Below, in pieces: positions 25,060 to 34,994 of a DNA stretch of 64,000 bases; the first letter of the stretch is position 1; the number at the start of each line of letters is the position of its first letter. The position numbers and the translations under genes are program-made. Under the pieces are notes generated by a model. That model was not told where the DNA came from. It did no database searches and was given only the letters and a program-made list of their open reading frames with translations. The stretch is taken from positions 5,243-69,242 of the forward strand of contig JBBRQM010000004.1 in NCBI GenBank assembly GCA_038226395.1, given 5' to 3'. The DNA is from Pyrinomonadales bacterium. Lineage in GTDB: Bacteria > Acidobacteriota > Blastocatellia > Pyrinomonadales > Pyrinomonadaceae.

Positions 25060-25909
25060 TTATCCCTTTATTAATTGCTTCAAAGACATTCATCGCATCC
25101 CGAGTCTCTCGAACGTCGTGAACCCTTACGATCTTTGCCCCATTCCCAACGGCGGCCAGAGCCGCTGCGACACTACCGCCAAGCCTTTCCTTCGGCGAAA
25201 CACCGTCAAGGACCCGTCCAATGAACGATTTTCGCGATGCGCCGACGAGCATTGGATACAATTTGAATTCGCTTATGATAATATCAAGTTTTGCAAGCAA
25301 TTCTAAGTTCTGCTCTTGAGTCTTGCCAAAACCAAGGCCGATGTCGAGGGCGATCTGCTCATCTTTCACGCCATAACCTTTGGCAGTCACTATCGAGCGA
25401 TGAAGACCTATCTTGACCTCCGTCATAATATCGTCAACAGGCGGCTGCGAATGCAGCGTTTCAAACGTGCCGCGCGAATGCATCAGCACGAGGCCGGCAC
25501 CCGTTGCAGCCGCAACTTCCGCGATTCGCTCGTCAAATCGCAAGCCAAAAATATCGTTTATTATTTCGGCACCTGCATCGACAGCAACTCTGGCAACCTC
25601 AGATTTTATCGTATCGATCGATATCGGTGTGTCAAACCGTTTCGAGATCGCCTCGATGACGTGGACGACCCGTCTGATCTCTTCATCTGCCTCAACACGC
25701 CCACTGCCAGGACGCGTCGATTCGCCGCCGACATCGATAATATCGGCACCCTCGGCCACCATTTTTTCGGCTTTACGAATCGCATCATCGACAGACAAAC
25801 ACTCGCCGCCGTCGGAAAAACTGTCCGGCGTGACGTTCAGAATAGCCATCACAAGAGGACTGTCACAATATTCAAGTTCGCGTTTTGAAGTTCTCCAAAT
25901 GGCCGCCAT
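25052..25909 (-). CDS. folP: dihydropteroate synthase
   Basis: ILNVTPDSFSDGG, DIIDVGGESTRPG and GFGKT motifs. Confidence 0.93.
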   Translation of the reverse strand: MAAIWRTSKRELEYCDSPLVMAILNVTPDSFSDGGECLSVDDAIRKAEKMVAEGADIIDVGGESTRPGSGRVEADEEIRRVVHVIEAISKRFDTPISIDTIKSEVARVAVDAGAEIINDIFGLRFDERIAEVAAATGAGLVLMHSRGTFETLHSQPPVDDIMTEVKIGLHRSIVTAKGYGVKDEQIALDIGLGFGKTQEQNLELLAKLDIIISEFKLYPMLVGASRKSFIGRVLDGVSPKERLGGSVAAALAAVGNGAKIVRVHDVRETRDAMNVFEAINKGINV

Positions 25910-25914
25910 TGCAA

Positions 25915-26727
25915 TTAGAATAGCTCATCAAGCTTTCGATAAAAATCCATCTTGTCCCGATCCAGACCCTCGATTCCATATCCACGGCAAAAAGCCGAAG
26001 TAATATCTAGAACGATAGGGCAGTTGTAATGGAAACTGCGTAAAAAGAGTGCTATGTCCTGATAGCGATCCGCAACTCCTCCCTTGTCAAGATCAATAAA
26101 TCCTGCCACGTCCGTCTTGTCAACGATGATATTGGGCAAGCAAAGATCACCGTGTGTGAACACAAGATCTTCGTCGGGAAGCGGCGAAGACATAAGTTCA
26201 TCAAATACTTGCCGCCCCGTTTTGCCCAGGTTTTCTTTGTCAAAATCGGACTCAAGGACAAATCCGCCCTTTATGTTATCCTCGGCCATTTTGATTTTTG
26301 CCTTGAGACGCTGGTCGAGATCACAGTCGTCGATGGCAAGATCGTGAATCTCGCGGATACGAGCCGCAACTAATTCAATAAAGTTTTCGATGTCACTGCT
26401 TCTGTCAGAGGCGGCAAGTTCGTCCGAATAGGTTTGACCGCGAATCTCTGAGATCAAGATATATTCGCGCCCGTCTGCAATCTCAAAACCAAGAACACTA
26501 GGTGCGTGTATCTTGCCCGAAAGCCACTCTAATACCCCGCGCTCCCATCGCAGATTTGAGTTCTTATTAATTACGCCGATTTTCAGATAAGCGGAAAGCT
26601 CCGGCAAAAAATAGACCTCAAGGCCCGAGTACTCGCGATGGATTTGTCTGTGAACTTGGGTATGTAATAAGTCTACGAGATTATCCGGCATTGCTAATAA
26701 AAATAGGGATGAAGATACATACTTCAT
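25915..26727 (-). CDS. aph(3'): aminoglycoside 3'-phosphotransferase family kinase
   Basis: FTHGDLCLPNIIVD...GFIDLDKGGVADRYQDIALFLRS and the C-terminal FYRKLDELF closely parallel the APH(3')-II blocks THGDACLPNIMV, GVADRYQDIAL and FYRLLDEFF. Confidence 0.85.
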   Translation of the reverse strand: MKYVSSSLFLLAMPDNLVDLLHTQVHRQIHREYSGLEVYFLPELSAYLKIGVINKNSNLRWERGVLEWLSGKIHAPSVLGFEIADGREYILISEIRGQTYSDELAASDRSSDIENFIELVAARIREIHDLAIDDCDLDQRLKAKIKMAEDNIKGGFVLESDFDKENLGKTGRQVFDELMSSPLPDEDLVFTHGDLCLPNIIVDKTDVAGFIDLDKGGVADRYQDIALFLRSFHYNCPIVLDITSAFCRGYGIEGLDRDKMDFYRKLDELF

Positions 26728-26754
26728 CCCTGCTTAAACATGCTGAAAATAGTC

Positions 26755-28695
26755 CTACGCCGTTGCCGGATTATTTCCCGTGATCGGTGGCAGGATCGGC
26801 TTTTTGAACGGATTCTTTGACGTTTCCTCGGTTTCCGGCGTTCCGTCATCGGACGGCGACGGCGAACTGTCGCTGTCGAGTGGCAGGCCGGCAACGACGC
26901 GGCGGATCATCACGGCGTCGAGTGTTTCAAATTCGAGCAGCGCCTCGGCAAGCCGGATCAAAGCGTCCCGGTTATCCTTAAGTATCTTCTCGGCCCGCGA
27001 GTATTGCTCCGAAATGATTTTTTGAACTTCCTGATCTATCCTGATAGCCGTGTCTTCAGAATAATCCCGATGCTGCGATATCTCGCGGCCGAGGAATATC
27101 TGCTCTTCCTTCTTGCCATAAGCCAGCGGCCCGAGACTGCTCATTCCATATTCACATACCATCGAGCGAGCGATTTCAGTTGCCTTTTCGATGTCATTGG
27201 CCGCGCCGGTCGTAATGCTGCCGATAAATATATCTTCGGCGATCCGGCCGCCCATAGACATTGCGATGTTGCCAAGCAAATACTCCTTGGTAGCAGACAG
27301 ACGGTCTTTTTCCGGCAGATACATCGTTACGCCCAAGGCCATTCCACGCGGAATGATCGTAACTTTGTGAACCGGATCGACATGCGGAACCTTGAGACCG
27401 ACCATTGTATGACCGGCCTCATGATAGGCCGTAATCTTTTTCTCCTCGTCCGAGATGACCATGCTCTTACGCTCGGCGCCCATCATCACCTTATCTTTGG
27501 CGATCTCAAAATCGTTCATCGAAACGACTTTTTTGTTATAACGGGCAGCGTTGAGAGCAGCTTCGTTAACGATGTTCGCGAGGTCAGCACCGGTAAATCC
27601 GGGCGTTCCGCGAGCAATAACGTTGATATCGACAGCTTCGTCAAGCGGGATCTTACGGGTATGAACCTTGAGAATGCCCTCGCGTCCGCGAACATCCGGC
27701 CGTCCGACAACCACGCGTCGGTCAAAACGTCCCGGACGTAGAAGCGCCGGGTCGAGCACGTCAGGGCGGTTTGTCGATGCAACGAGAATAACGCCATCAT
27801 TAGACTCAAAACCGTCCATTTCGACGAGCAATTGGTTAAGCGTCTGTTCCCGTTCGTCGTGACCGCCGCCAAGACCTGCCCCTCGGTGACGACCGACGGC
27901 GTCGATCTCGTCAATAAAGATGATGCACGGCGCATTTTTCTTGCCCTGTTCAAAGAGGTCCCGAACACGCGAAGCTCCAACGCCTACAAACATCTCGACA
28001 AAATCGGAACCAGAGATCGAGAAGAACGGCACGTTTGCCTCGCCAGCGACGGCCTTTGCGAGCAAAGTTTTACCGGTTCCCGGAGGGCCCACCATCAAAA
28101 CACCTTTTGGAATTTTGCCGCCGAGCTTTTGAAATTTTTGCGGATCTTTTAGAAACTCGATGATCTCCTGTAGCTCTTCCTTGGCTTCGTCAACGCCGGC
28201 GACATCTTTAAATGTCACGCGTTTTTGCTGATTATTCAGCAACTTTGCTTTCGATTTGCCAAAGCTAAGGGCCTTATTTCCGCCAGCCTGCATTTGCCGC
28301 AGCGTAAAAGCCAAAAAGCCCATAAGCAGCAGAAATGGCAATGCATTTACCAGGACAAGCCAGCCGAGACCGCTCGAAACCTGTTCCTCACTCGTCTTTA
28401 TCTGGCTGGAGGGATTAGCATCGTTAAATTCACCAACCTTTTTTAGCAGCAATGTCCGCATGGGGTCGCTCCCCAACGACGTAACCCATTTATTACCGCT
28501 TGTATCGACAAATTCTACTTGTGATTGTTTAAAAGCGGCCTCCTTCATCTCCTTATTCGCGATACGCGTCACGGCCATATCGACGGATAATTCTTTGGGT
28601 GGGGTGGTTTGCTTCGTCTGCAAATAATAGACGAAAACGAGCGCGCTCGAAATAATCATCAACCACAATAGAACTTGTTTTGCCTTAGAACTCAA
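26755..28695 (-). CDS. ftsH: ATP-dependent zinc metalloprotease FtsH
   Basis: Walker [17 protein letters not shown] region, and zinc motif HEAGHT. Confidence 0.97.
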   Translation of the reverse strand: MSSKAKQVLLWLMIISSALVFVYYLQTKQTTPPKELSVDMAVTRIANKEMKEAAFKQSQVEFVDTSGNKWVTSLGSDPMRTLLLKKVGEFNDANPSSQIKTSEEQVSSGLGWLVLVNALPFLLLMGFLAFTLRQMQAGGNKALSFGKSKAKLLNNQQKRVTFKDVAGVDEAKEELQEIIEFLKDPQKFQKLGGKIPKGVLMVGPPGTGKTLLAKAVAGEANVPFFSISGSDFVEMFVGVGASRVRDLFEQGKKNAPCIIFIDEIDAVGRHRGAGLGGGHDEREQTLNQLLVEMDGFESNDGVILVASTNRPDVLDPALLRPGRFDRRVVVGRPDVRGREGILKVHTRKIPLDEAVDINVIARGTPGFTGADLANIVNEAALNAARYNKKVVSMNDFEIAKDKVMMGAERKSMVISDEEKKITAYHEAGHTMVGLKVPHVDPVHKVTIIPRGMALGVTMYLPEKDRLSATKEYLLGNIAMSMGGRIAEDIFIGSITTGAANDIEKATEIARSMVCEYGMSSLGPLAYGKKEEQIFLGREISQHRDYSEDTAIRIDQEVQKIISEQYSRAEKILKDNRDALIRLAEALLEFETLDAVMIRRVVAGLPLDSDSSPSPSDDGTPETEETSKNPFKKPILPPITGNNPATA

Positions 28696-28830
28696 TTTAT
28701 AGCCTCCGGATCAACTCTATCAAAGAGTTTCTCAATGGTGTTTTGATGAGGACGGGCGTCATCGCGTTGTGCCAATTTCACGCTTTGCCCCATCTCACAA
28801 TGCCAACGTTAGATTTTAGTTTGCCCAGCG

Positions 28831-29886
28831 TCAATTTTCAACCTTATTTTCCTCATAAAGCAGTTTGCCGGATGTTTTTATCACTCTACCGCCTGGCAAT
28901 TCGGCTATCCGGCCGCTCTTTGGACTCATTACCAAACGTTCGATTGCCTGGATATGTTTCAATTGCAGTTGCCGGGTAGATCCGCGATGCAGCCGAAGCC
29001 ATGAGCGTATGCGAGTGTAAAGCTCCGGTTGCGAAAGCGTTTTTATCTCACTCAATTTCAATTCGTCTGCCGCCGACAAATGGTTTCCAGTTTGGGTTGT
29101 ATCCGACAAGTTTTGCATCAGCAATGCTGTATTTGCGAGTGTTTCAATGATTTTCGGATTAAAGTCTTCGAGCATCGGCACCAGCACCTTTCTGATACGG
29201 ACGCGTTTGAATGCGGTGTCCTCGTTCATCGTGTCGTAACGATATTCGACGCCCAGATGGTGGCAATACTCCTCGGTGTTGATTCGCTTCGCCCATGTCA
29301 ATAGCGGACGGATAAGAAGTGGGTGAGAAGGTGAGTCAGTGAGGTGGTGAGATTTATCGGCTTCATCAATTGTCTTTTTCTCACCTTCTCCCTTTATCAT
29401 TTTCTCACTTTCCAGAGGTCTGACAACCCTCATCCCGCGCAAACCGTCCATGCCGCTGCCGCGAATAAGGTTCATTAGAAATGTCTCAGCCTGATCGTTG
29501 ACGGTATGCCCGGTGAGAATCGCAAAGGCGTGAAGATTCCCGGCGGCCTCGGCGAGAAATGCGTAACGGGCATCTCGGGCATTTTGCTCGAGATTTCCCT
29601 CGGTTGAGATATGTTCGCGGTGAAGCACGAGACCGATCCCCAATTCGGTCGTCAGATTTACAACAAATTCTTCGTCAGCGTCGCTCTCGGCTCCGCGTAG
29701 TAAATGATTAAAGTGGGCGGCAACGATCTTATGCCCCAATTTAGAATTTTTCTGCAATTCGTGAAGAGCCAGCAACAGACTGACCGAGTCCGCTCCGCCT
29801 GAAACGCCGACGATGACCGTCTCGCCCGCGAGCGGCAGTTTGAGCCGACGCCATTCGGTGATGAGATTTCGAACGAACTTGTGCAT
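28831..29886 (-). CDS. tilS: tRNA(Ile)-lysidine synthase
   Basis: PP-loop VGVSGGADSVSLL. ATG at 29886 is preferred over the TTG at 29892. It carries an in-frame hairpin insertion (listed separately). Confidence 0.9.
   Translation of the reverse strand: MHKFVRNLITEWRRLKLPLAGETVIVGVSGGADSVSLLLALHELQKNSKLGHKIVAAHFNHLLRGAESDADEEFVVNLTTELGIGLVLHREHISTEGNLEQNARDARYAFLAEAAGNLHAFAILTGHTVNDQAETFLMNLIRGSGMDGLRGMRVVRPLESEKMIKGEGEKKTIDEADKSHHLTDSPSHPLLIRPLLTWAKRINTEEYCHHLGVEYRYDTMNEDTAFKRVRIRKVLVPMLEDFNPKIIETLANTALLMQNLSDTTQTGNHLSAADELKLSEIKTLSQPELYTRIRSWLRLHRGSTRQLQLKHIQAIERLVMSPKSGRIAELPGGRVIKTSGKLLYEENKVEN
29321..29408. repeat. in-frame word-hairpin inside tilS (GGTGAGA words / TCTCACC words)
   Basis: The plus strand reads GGGTGAGAAGGTGAGTCAGTGAGGTGGTGAGA ... 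TTTTTCTCACCTTCTCCCTTTATCATTTTCTCAC. It is translated as ESEKMIKGEGEKKTIDEADKSHHLTDSPSHP, just before the conserved LIRPLL motif. Confidence 0.75.
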
Positions 29887-29907
29887 TAACAAATTATAGG
29901 AGGATTA

Positions 29908-29993
29908 GCCGCAAAAAGGCACAGAAGACACAAAAAAGATTAATGAAAGAGATCAGGAAAGTTTTTTTTGTGTTTTTTGCTCCTTTTCGCGGC
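29908..29993. repeat. word-hairpin element (GCCGCAAAAAGGCACAGAAGACACAAAAAA / TTTTTTGTGTTTTTTGCTCCTTTTCGCGGC)
   Basis: Read directly between the thioesterase stop (30003) and the tilS start (29886). Confidence 0.75.
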
Positions 29994-30002
29994 CAACAAT
30001 TC

Positions 30003-30425
30003 TTATCCCGGTGGATAGGCAACGCGTTTTTGGAGCAGCAGCGTGCAGCGTGAGGTGCAAATAAGCTTGCCCTTGTCATTGGTGATCTCGATGTTCCAAA
30101 CATTCATTGTGCGGCCGGGATACAGTCGCCTGGCCTCGACCGTAATCACGCCGCGGCTTACCGCACGCAGATGATTGGCATTGATCTCGATGCCGACCGG
30201 CGTAACTTGTGTCAGATCTGCGCTGGCAACGGTTCCGATTGATGCCGCAGTTTCACAAAGGTAAAGCGAAACTCCGCCGTGCATAATGCCGACGTATTGA
30301 TGCACCTTTGGCGTGACCTCCATCGTTAAAACCACGCGATTTTCGGTCACTGACTCGATCTTTACACCGAGAAATTTGAGCAATTCGTTTTCGCCGGTTT
30401 GTTCGATTAGTGTAGATTTGTCCAT
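30003..30425 (-). CDS. PaaI-family hotdog-fold thioesterase
   Basis: 140 aa. GIMHGGVSLYLCETAASIG is typical of the PaaI/YigI group. Its start overlaps the argH stop by 1 nt (TAATG). Confidence 0.8.
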   Translation of the reverse strand: MDKSTLIEQTGENELLKFLGVKIESVTENRVVLTMEVTPKVHQYVGIMHGGVSLYLCETAASIGTVASADLTQVTPVGIEINANHLRAVSRGVITVEARRLYPGRTMNVWNIEITNDKGKLICTSRCTLLLQKRVAYPPG

Positions 30426-31813
30426 TAGTTTTCTAGATATTTTTTTGCAGCGGCGAGAGCCTCGGCGACGCGTGTCGGCGACGTCCCGCCGATTGTATCC
30501 TTTGCGGCAAGTGTTGCATCAAGACTGAGTGCTGCCATGACATCCGATTCAATCCCGGGCGAGAATTTACGCAATTCGGCGATGCTCAGTTCGTTTAGCT
30601 CCTTGCCTTCGCCGATTGCATAAAGAACCGCTTTTCCGACCGATTCATGAGCCGAGCGGAATGGGACGCCTTTTTTGACGAGATAATCGGCAAGCTCGGT
30701 CGCGTTTTGATAACCTTTTGTCGCCGCTTCTCGTGTTCGTGCTTCGTTGACTGTGAGATTTTTTATGACGATCCCGGCGGCCCTCAGGCATATTCCGACA
30801 GTGTCAACTGTGTCAAAAACCGCCTCCTTGTCCTCCTGCATGTCCTTGTTATATGCGAGGGGCAGGCCCTTGAGCATTGTGAGCAAAGCCATCTGATGGC
30901 CGAAAACGCGTCCCGCTTTGCCGCGAAGCAGTTCGAGCGCGTCAGGATTTTTCTTTTGCGGCATCAGGCTTGACCCGCTTGATACAGAATCGCTCAAAGT
31001 CACAAAACCAAACTCGGCCGAGCAATAAATGATCAAGTCCTCGGCCAAACGCGACAGATGAACCATAATCAGCGAACACGCTCCGGCAAACTCGACCGCA
31101 AAATCTCGATCTGAAACTGCATCGAGGCTGTTCGCCGAAACACCATCAAACCCAAGTTCGCCTGCGACCGCTTCGCGATCAACCGGAAAACCGGATCCTG
31201 CCAGAGCGGCTGATCCGAGCGGCAAAACATTGACTCGTTTCCTCGCGTCAGCCAACCGCTCGCGGTCGCGCTTTAACATTTCGAAATAAGCCAGACACCA
31301 ATGTGCCCACATCACCGGCTGCGCCCGCTGAAGATGCGTGTAACCAGGCAAAACGGCGTCGGCGAGCCGCTCGGCCAGATCAATCAGAGCGATCTGCAAC
31401 TCGCGAATATGCATGGAGACAGCGTCGATCTCGTAGCGGATCCATAGTCTAAATGCAGTCGCCACCTGATCGTTGCGGCTGCGGCCGGTATGGAGCTTTT
31501 GTCCGGCATCGCCTATCGCCTTTATAAGTTTGCCTTCGATAAAAGAATGCACGTCCTCTGCGTCCGAGCCGTCAAAATACGCCGCATCTTCCGCCGCATC
31601 TTCGAGCAATCTGGTCAAACCGCCGACTATTGCAACGGCTTCGTCCTCCGTCAAAACCCCAATCTTTGCAAGCCCATTCGCGTGCGCAATGCTCGCGCTT
31701 ACGTCCGCCACAAAGAGCCGCCGATCAAAACGAAACGAGTCGTTAAACTCGGCAAAGGTCTCGTCCGGTTCACCCGTAAATCTCCCGCCCCAAAGTTTGC
31801 CCGATTTGGTCAT
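30425..31813 (-). CDS. argH: argininosuccinate lyase
   Basis: KLWGGRF N-terminus and fumarate-lyase signature GSSLMPQKKNPD. Start taken at MTKSGKLWGG (31813), not the upstream in-frame start at 31861. Confidence 0.95.
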   Translation of the reverse strand: MTKSGKLWGGRFTGEPDETFAEFNDSFRFDRRLFVADVSASIAHANGLAKIGVLTEDEAVAIVGGLTRLLEDAAEDAAYFDGSDAEDVHSFIEGKLIKAIGDAGQKLHTGRSRNDQVATAFRLWIRYEIDAVSMHIRELQIALIDLAERLADAVLPGYTHLQRAQPVMWAHWCLAYFEMLKRDRERLADARKRVNVLPLGSAALAGSGFPVDREAVAGELGFDGVSANSLDAVSDRDFAVEFAGACSLIMVHLSRLAEDLIIYCSAEFGFVTLSDSVSSGSSLMPQKKNPDALELLRGKAGRVFGHQMALLTMLKGLPLAYNKDMQEDKEAVFDTVDTVGICLRAAGIVIKNLTVNEARTREAATKGYQNATELADYLVKKGVPFRSAHESVGKAVLYAIGEGKELNELSIAELRKFSPGIESDVMAALSLDATLAAKDTIGGTSPTRVAEALAAAKKYLEN

Positions 31814-31937
31814 TTGTATCTCCGTGCGGGTATAATTGTAGAACACCAAAGGCGGAAACACGACCGGTAGGGAGTGTGTTCTTCATTTGGGCAATTTTAT
31901 AGGGACACCCTTGCTGCCGCGCAGGATTCTGCCATTT

Positions 31938-33137
31938 ATGACTAAGAAAATTAACAAAGTTGTCCTCGCATATTCCGGTGGCCTTGATACATCGGCGATG
32001 CTGCTGTGGATAAAGGAAACATACGGCTGCGAGGTCGTCTGCTACTGCGCCGATGTCGGCCAGGGCGAGGAACTAACCGGCCTCGAAGAAAAAGCTCTTG
32101 CGACCGGCGCGTCAAAGCTGTATGTCGAGGATTTGCGTGAGGAATTTGTAAAAGATTTTGTCTGGATGGCCGTTAAGGCAAATGCTTTGTATGAGGGCGT
32201 TTATCTGCTCGGCACATCGCTCGCCCGCCCCGTGATCGCAAAACGTCAGATAGAGATCGCGCAACTTGAGGGTGCCGATGCCGTGGCTCACGGAGCCACC
32301 GGCAAAGGCAATGATCAGGTACGTTTTGAGCTGACTTATTACGCTCTACAGCCGGACATTACGGTCATAGCGCCGTGGCGCGAATGGGAATTTAAGGGAC
32401 GTGCCGATCTGATCGCGTATTGCTCAAAACACGGCATTCCTGTAACCGCAACCGCAGAAAAACCCTATTCGATGGATCGCAACCTGATGCACATCTCCTA
32501 CGAAGGCGGCATTCTCGAAGACCCGTGGGCCGCGCCGCCGGAAAATATATTTTTGCTGTCGAAATCACCCGAGACGGCGTCGGACATGGCCGAGGAGATC
32601 ACTCTGACTTTCGAGAAAGGTGAGCCGATCGCAATAAACGGTGTAAATCATGGTTCGGTCGATCTGCTCTCACATCTAAATTACCTCGGCGGCGAGCACG
32701 GCATTGGGCGCGTCGATCTGGTCGAGAACCGCTTTGTCGGCATGAAATCACGCGGTGTTTACGAGACGCCCGGCGTCACCATTTTGCAAACCGCCCACCG
32801 CGCGCTCGAATCGATCACAATGGATCGCGAAGTCATGCGCCTGCGTGATTCACTCGGAACAAAGTTCGCCGAATCGGTCTATTACGGCTTTTGGTTCGCA
32901 CCGGAATTTGAAATCTTAAAGTCGATGATCGACCAAACGCAGGAGACCGTCAACGGCGACGTGCGTCTAAAACTCTACAAAGGCAATGTCATCGTCACAG
33001 GCCGTAAATCGCCAAATTCGCTCTACAAAGAGCGTGTCGTCACCTTCGAAGACGACGCCGGAGCCTACGACCAGCACGACGCGGAAGGGTTTATTAAGCT
33101 ACAGGCATTGAGGCTGAGACTGCGAAAAATGGAGTAG
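31938..33137 (+). CDS. argG: argininosuccinate synthase
   Basis: [15 protein letters not shown]-binding motif and [13 protein letters not shown]. Start taken at MTKKINK (31938). Confidence 0.95.
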   Translation: MTKKINKVVLAYSGGLDTSAMLLWIKETYGCEVVCYCADVGQGEELTGLEEKALATGASKLYVEDLREEFVKDFVWMAVKANALYEGVYLLGTSLARPVIAKRQIEIAQLEGADAVAHGATGKGNDQVRFELTYYALQPDITVIAPWREWEFKGRADLIAYCSKHGIPVTATAEKPYSMDRNLMHISYEGGILEDPWAAPPENIFLLSKSPETASDMAEEITLTFEKGEPIAINGVNHGSVDLLSHLNYLGGEHGIGRVDLVENRFVGMKSRGVYETPGVTILQTAHRALESITMDREVMRLRDSLGTKFAESVYYGFWFAPEFEILKSMIDQTQETVNGDVRLKLYKGNVIVTGRKSPNSLYKERVVTFEDDAGAYDQHDAEGFIKLQALRLRLRKME

Positions 33138-33140
33138 TTT

Positions 33141-33518
33141 ATGGCTACAATTGACCACTTGATACTTAACGTAAATGAGATACCTGCGAGTGTGGATTTC
33201 TACGTTAATGTTTTGGGCTTTGCGCTGGAGGGTGAGGATGGGCCATTTACTGTGATAAGGGTAAGCGAAGACTTCACATTGCAGCTTGCGCCATGGGGCA
33301 CTAAGGGAAATGAACATCTTGCGTTCGCTATGTCCCGCAAAGATTTTGATAATGTATTAGCGCGGATCAAGGAAAAAGGTGTCCCCTACGGCAACTCGTT
33401 CCACACTGTTGGTAATAACCTGGGCCCCGGTATTGAGACAGGTGCCAGAGGGCCGGCTTCAACCGTTTATATGAACGATACAAATAAGCACCTGATAGAA
33501 ATTCGCACTTATGATTAA
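33141..33518 (+). CDS. VOC (glyoxalase/bleomycin-resistance) family protein
   Basis: 125 aa. IDHLILNV...FYVNVLGF is a typical VOC beta-alpha-beta-beta-beta start. Confidence 0.78.
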   Translation: MATIDHLILNVNEIPASVDFYVNVLGFALEGEDGPFTVIRVSEDFTLQLAPWGTKGNEHLAFAMSRKDFDNVLARIKEKGVPYGNSFHTVGNNLGPGIETGARGPASTVYMNDTNKHLIEIRTYD

Positions 33519-33552
33519 TCCCGCCGAGCCAGCCATTTCCTAAGGACGCCAC

Positions 33553-33588
33553 CAAAAAAAACCGCCTCCAAACTAGTCGAAGGCGGTA
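33553..33588 (-). terminator. rho-independent terminator of the DUF1501 gene
   Basis: On the minus strand, ACCGCCT (loop) AGGCGGT is followed by TTTTTTTT. On the plus strand this is A8 at 33553-33560 and the stem at 33561-33587. Confidence 0.75.
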
Positions 33589-33608
33589 TCAAGTGCAAAG
33601 GAGACAAC

Positions 33609-34868
33609 TTAAGCCAAATATCCTCTGAATTTTTCCTTGCTGGCTGTGTAATTCGGGAATATCTTTGCCAGATCCGTGCTGCTCATGTGTTTGTAAGCGG
33701 CCTCGGCAAAAACGTCGCGAAAATCGGTCGTCACGTCGAGATCGCGGCCCTCGTAAAGTTTATCGTTTTTCAGGCCTTTGAAATCGCCATAAACCTTTCC
33801 GCCCTTTACCGAATTACCAAGTATGAACATCGTGTTTGCGTGGCCGTGATCGGTTCCACCTGTGCCGTTTTGACGCGCTGTGCGGCCAAATTCAGACATT
33901 GTCATCAGCACGACGTCATCCATCTGTTTGCCTAGATCGGTGCCAAAAGCGGCTATCGCAGCCCCAAAATCGCGAAGCAAATTTGCAAGCTGACCGCGTG
34001 CATTGCCCTCATTGATGTGAGTGTCCCAGCCGCCAACCTCGGTAAAAGCGACTTCGAGGCCGACGCCAGCCTTGATCAACTGCGCGATCTGCTGGAGCGA
34101 ACGTCCAAGCTGTGACTGAGGATAGACTGCCCCGTTTTCAGGCTTGTACTGCGCCGGATTTGCTTGTTTGAGGAAATTCACAGCCTCAAAAGTCTCTTTG
34201 CCGGTTACAGACAGGCTGTCCTTGGCGTTTTGCTGCCAGACGCCCTCAAATCCGCCGGCCATATTCTGAGTGTACATTCCGGCCTTAATCGAAAAATCGG
34301 CTAGATTCGACATTGCCACCGACGGAGCCCGCCCGTAAAGCGAACGCGGCAGTTGCTGCGTCAGCGAAACGGCGCGAAATGGCGAGGCGTCCTTTTCCGC
34401 GTTGCATTGCATTACGCGGTTGAGCCAACCGTCGCGCGTGCCCTTGTTGCCGGGCGTGCCGGATTCCATATAATCCTGTGCGTCAAAGTGCGAACGCGTA
34501 TTGTCGGGCGAGCCGGCCGCCGTAACGACCGCGAGCTTTTTATCTTTCCAGAAAGTTTCGAGCGGTTTCAGATTAGGGTGCAGGCCGAAATGGCCATCGA
34601 GATCGATCGCTCCGTCGGTTTTGCCGGGCTGCGGGATGCCTATCGTTGGTCTAAGATTGTAATACTCACCCTCGCCGTGAGGCACGAGCATATTCAGGCC
34701 ATCGACCGCGCCGCGTTGAAATATCGTCACCAAAACCTTCTTTTTGCCATAACTGCTGCCGAGTGTCGCCGCATTTGCAAACTGATGCAAAAAATTTGGC
34801 GCAGCAGCCATAAAACCAAAACTTGCGAGGCCTATGCCGCTTGTCTTTAGAAAATATCGTCTATCCAT
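33609..34868 (-). CDS. DUF1501 domain protein (sulfatase-fold, Tat signal)
   Basis: Twin-arginine N-terminus MDRRYFLKTSGIGLASFG. The C-terminal block EFGRT...NGTGGTDHGH is typical of DUF1501. Confidence 0.85.
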   Translation of the reverse strand: MDRRYFLKTSGIGLASFGFMAAAPNFLHQFANAATLGSSYGKKKVLVTIFQRGAVDGLNMLVPHGEGEYYNLRPTIGIPQPGKTDGAIDLDGHFGLHPNLKPLETFWKDKKLAVVTAAGSPDNTRSHFDAQDYMESGTPGNKGTRDGWLNRVMQCNAEKDASPFRAVSLTQQLPRSLYGRAPSVAMSNLADFSIKAGMYTQNMAGGFEGVWQQNAKDSLSVTGKETFEAVNFLKQANPAQYKPENGAVYPQSQLGRSLQQIAQLIKAGVGLEVAFTEVGGWDTHINEGNARGQLANLLRDFGAAIAAFGTDLGKQMDDVVLMTMSEFGRTARQNGTGGTDHGHANTMFILGNSVKGGKVYGDFKGLKNDKLYEGRDLDVTTDFRDVFAEAAYKHMSSTDLAKIFPNYTASKEKFRGYLA

Positions 34869-34994
34869 AATTGCTTACCTCAGATGAAAAAACCTTTCAG
34901 CCAATTTATTAGACGCCTCAGCACCGCAAATGGTCATTTTTTTATTTTTTTGCATTTATCCTGTGTAAATAATAAATTAAATCCAGCGAAATAT

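Noticed and set aside
25316-28627. Plus-strand ORFs of 100-245 aa opposite folP, aph and ftsH (for example 25413-26003 and 27004-27741)
   Set aside because: They are antisense to strongly supported genes, have Ser/Arg-rich composition, and carry no motifs.
31814-31937. ArgR operator (ARG box) in the argH/argG divergent region
   Set aside because: There is no convincing 18-bp TNTGAATWWWWATTCANW-like palindrome by eye. This cannot be excluded without a matrix search.
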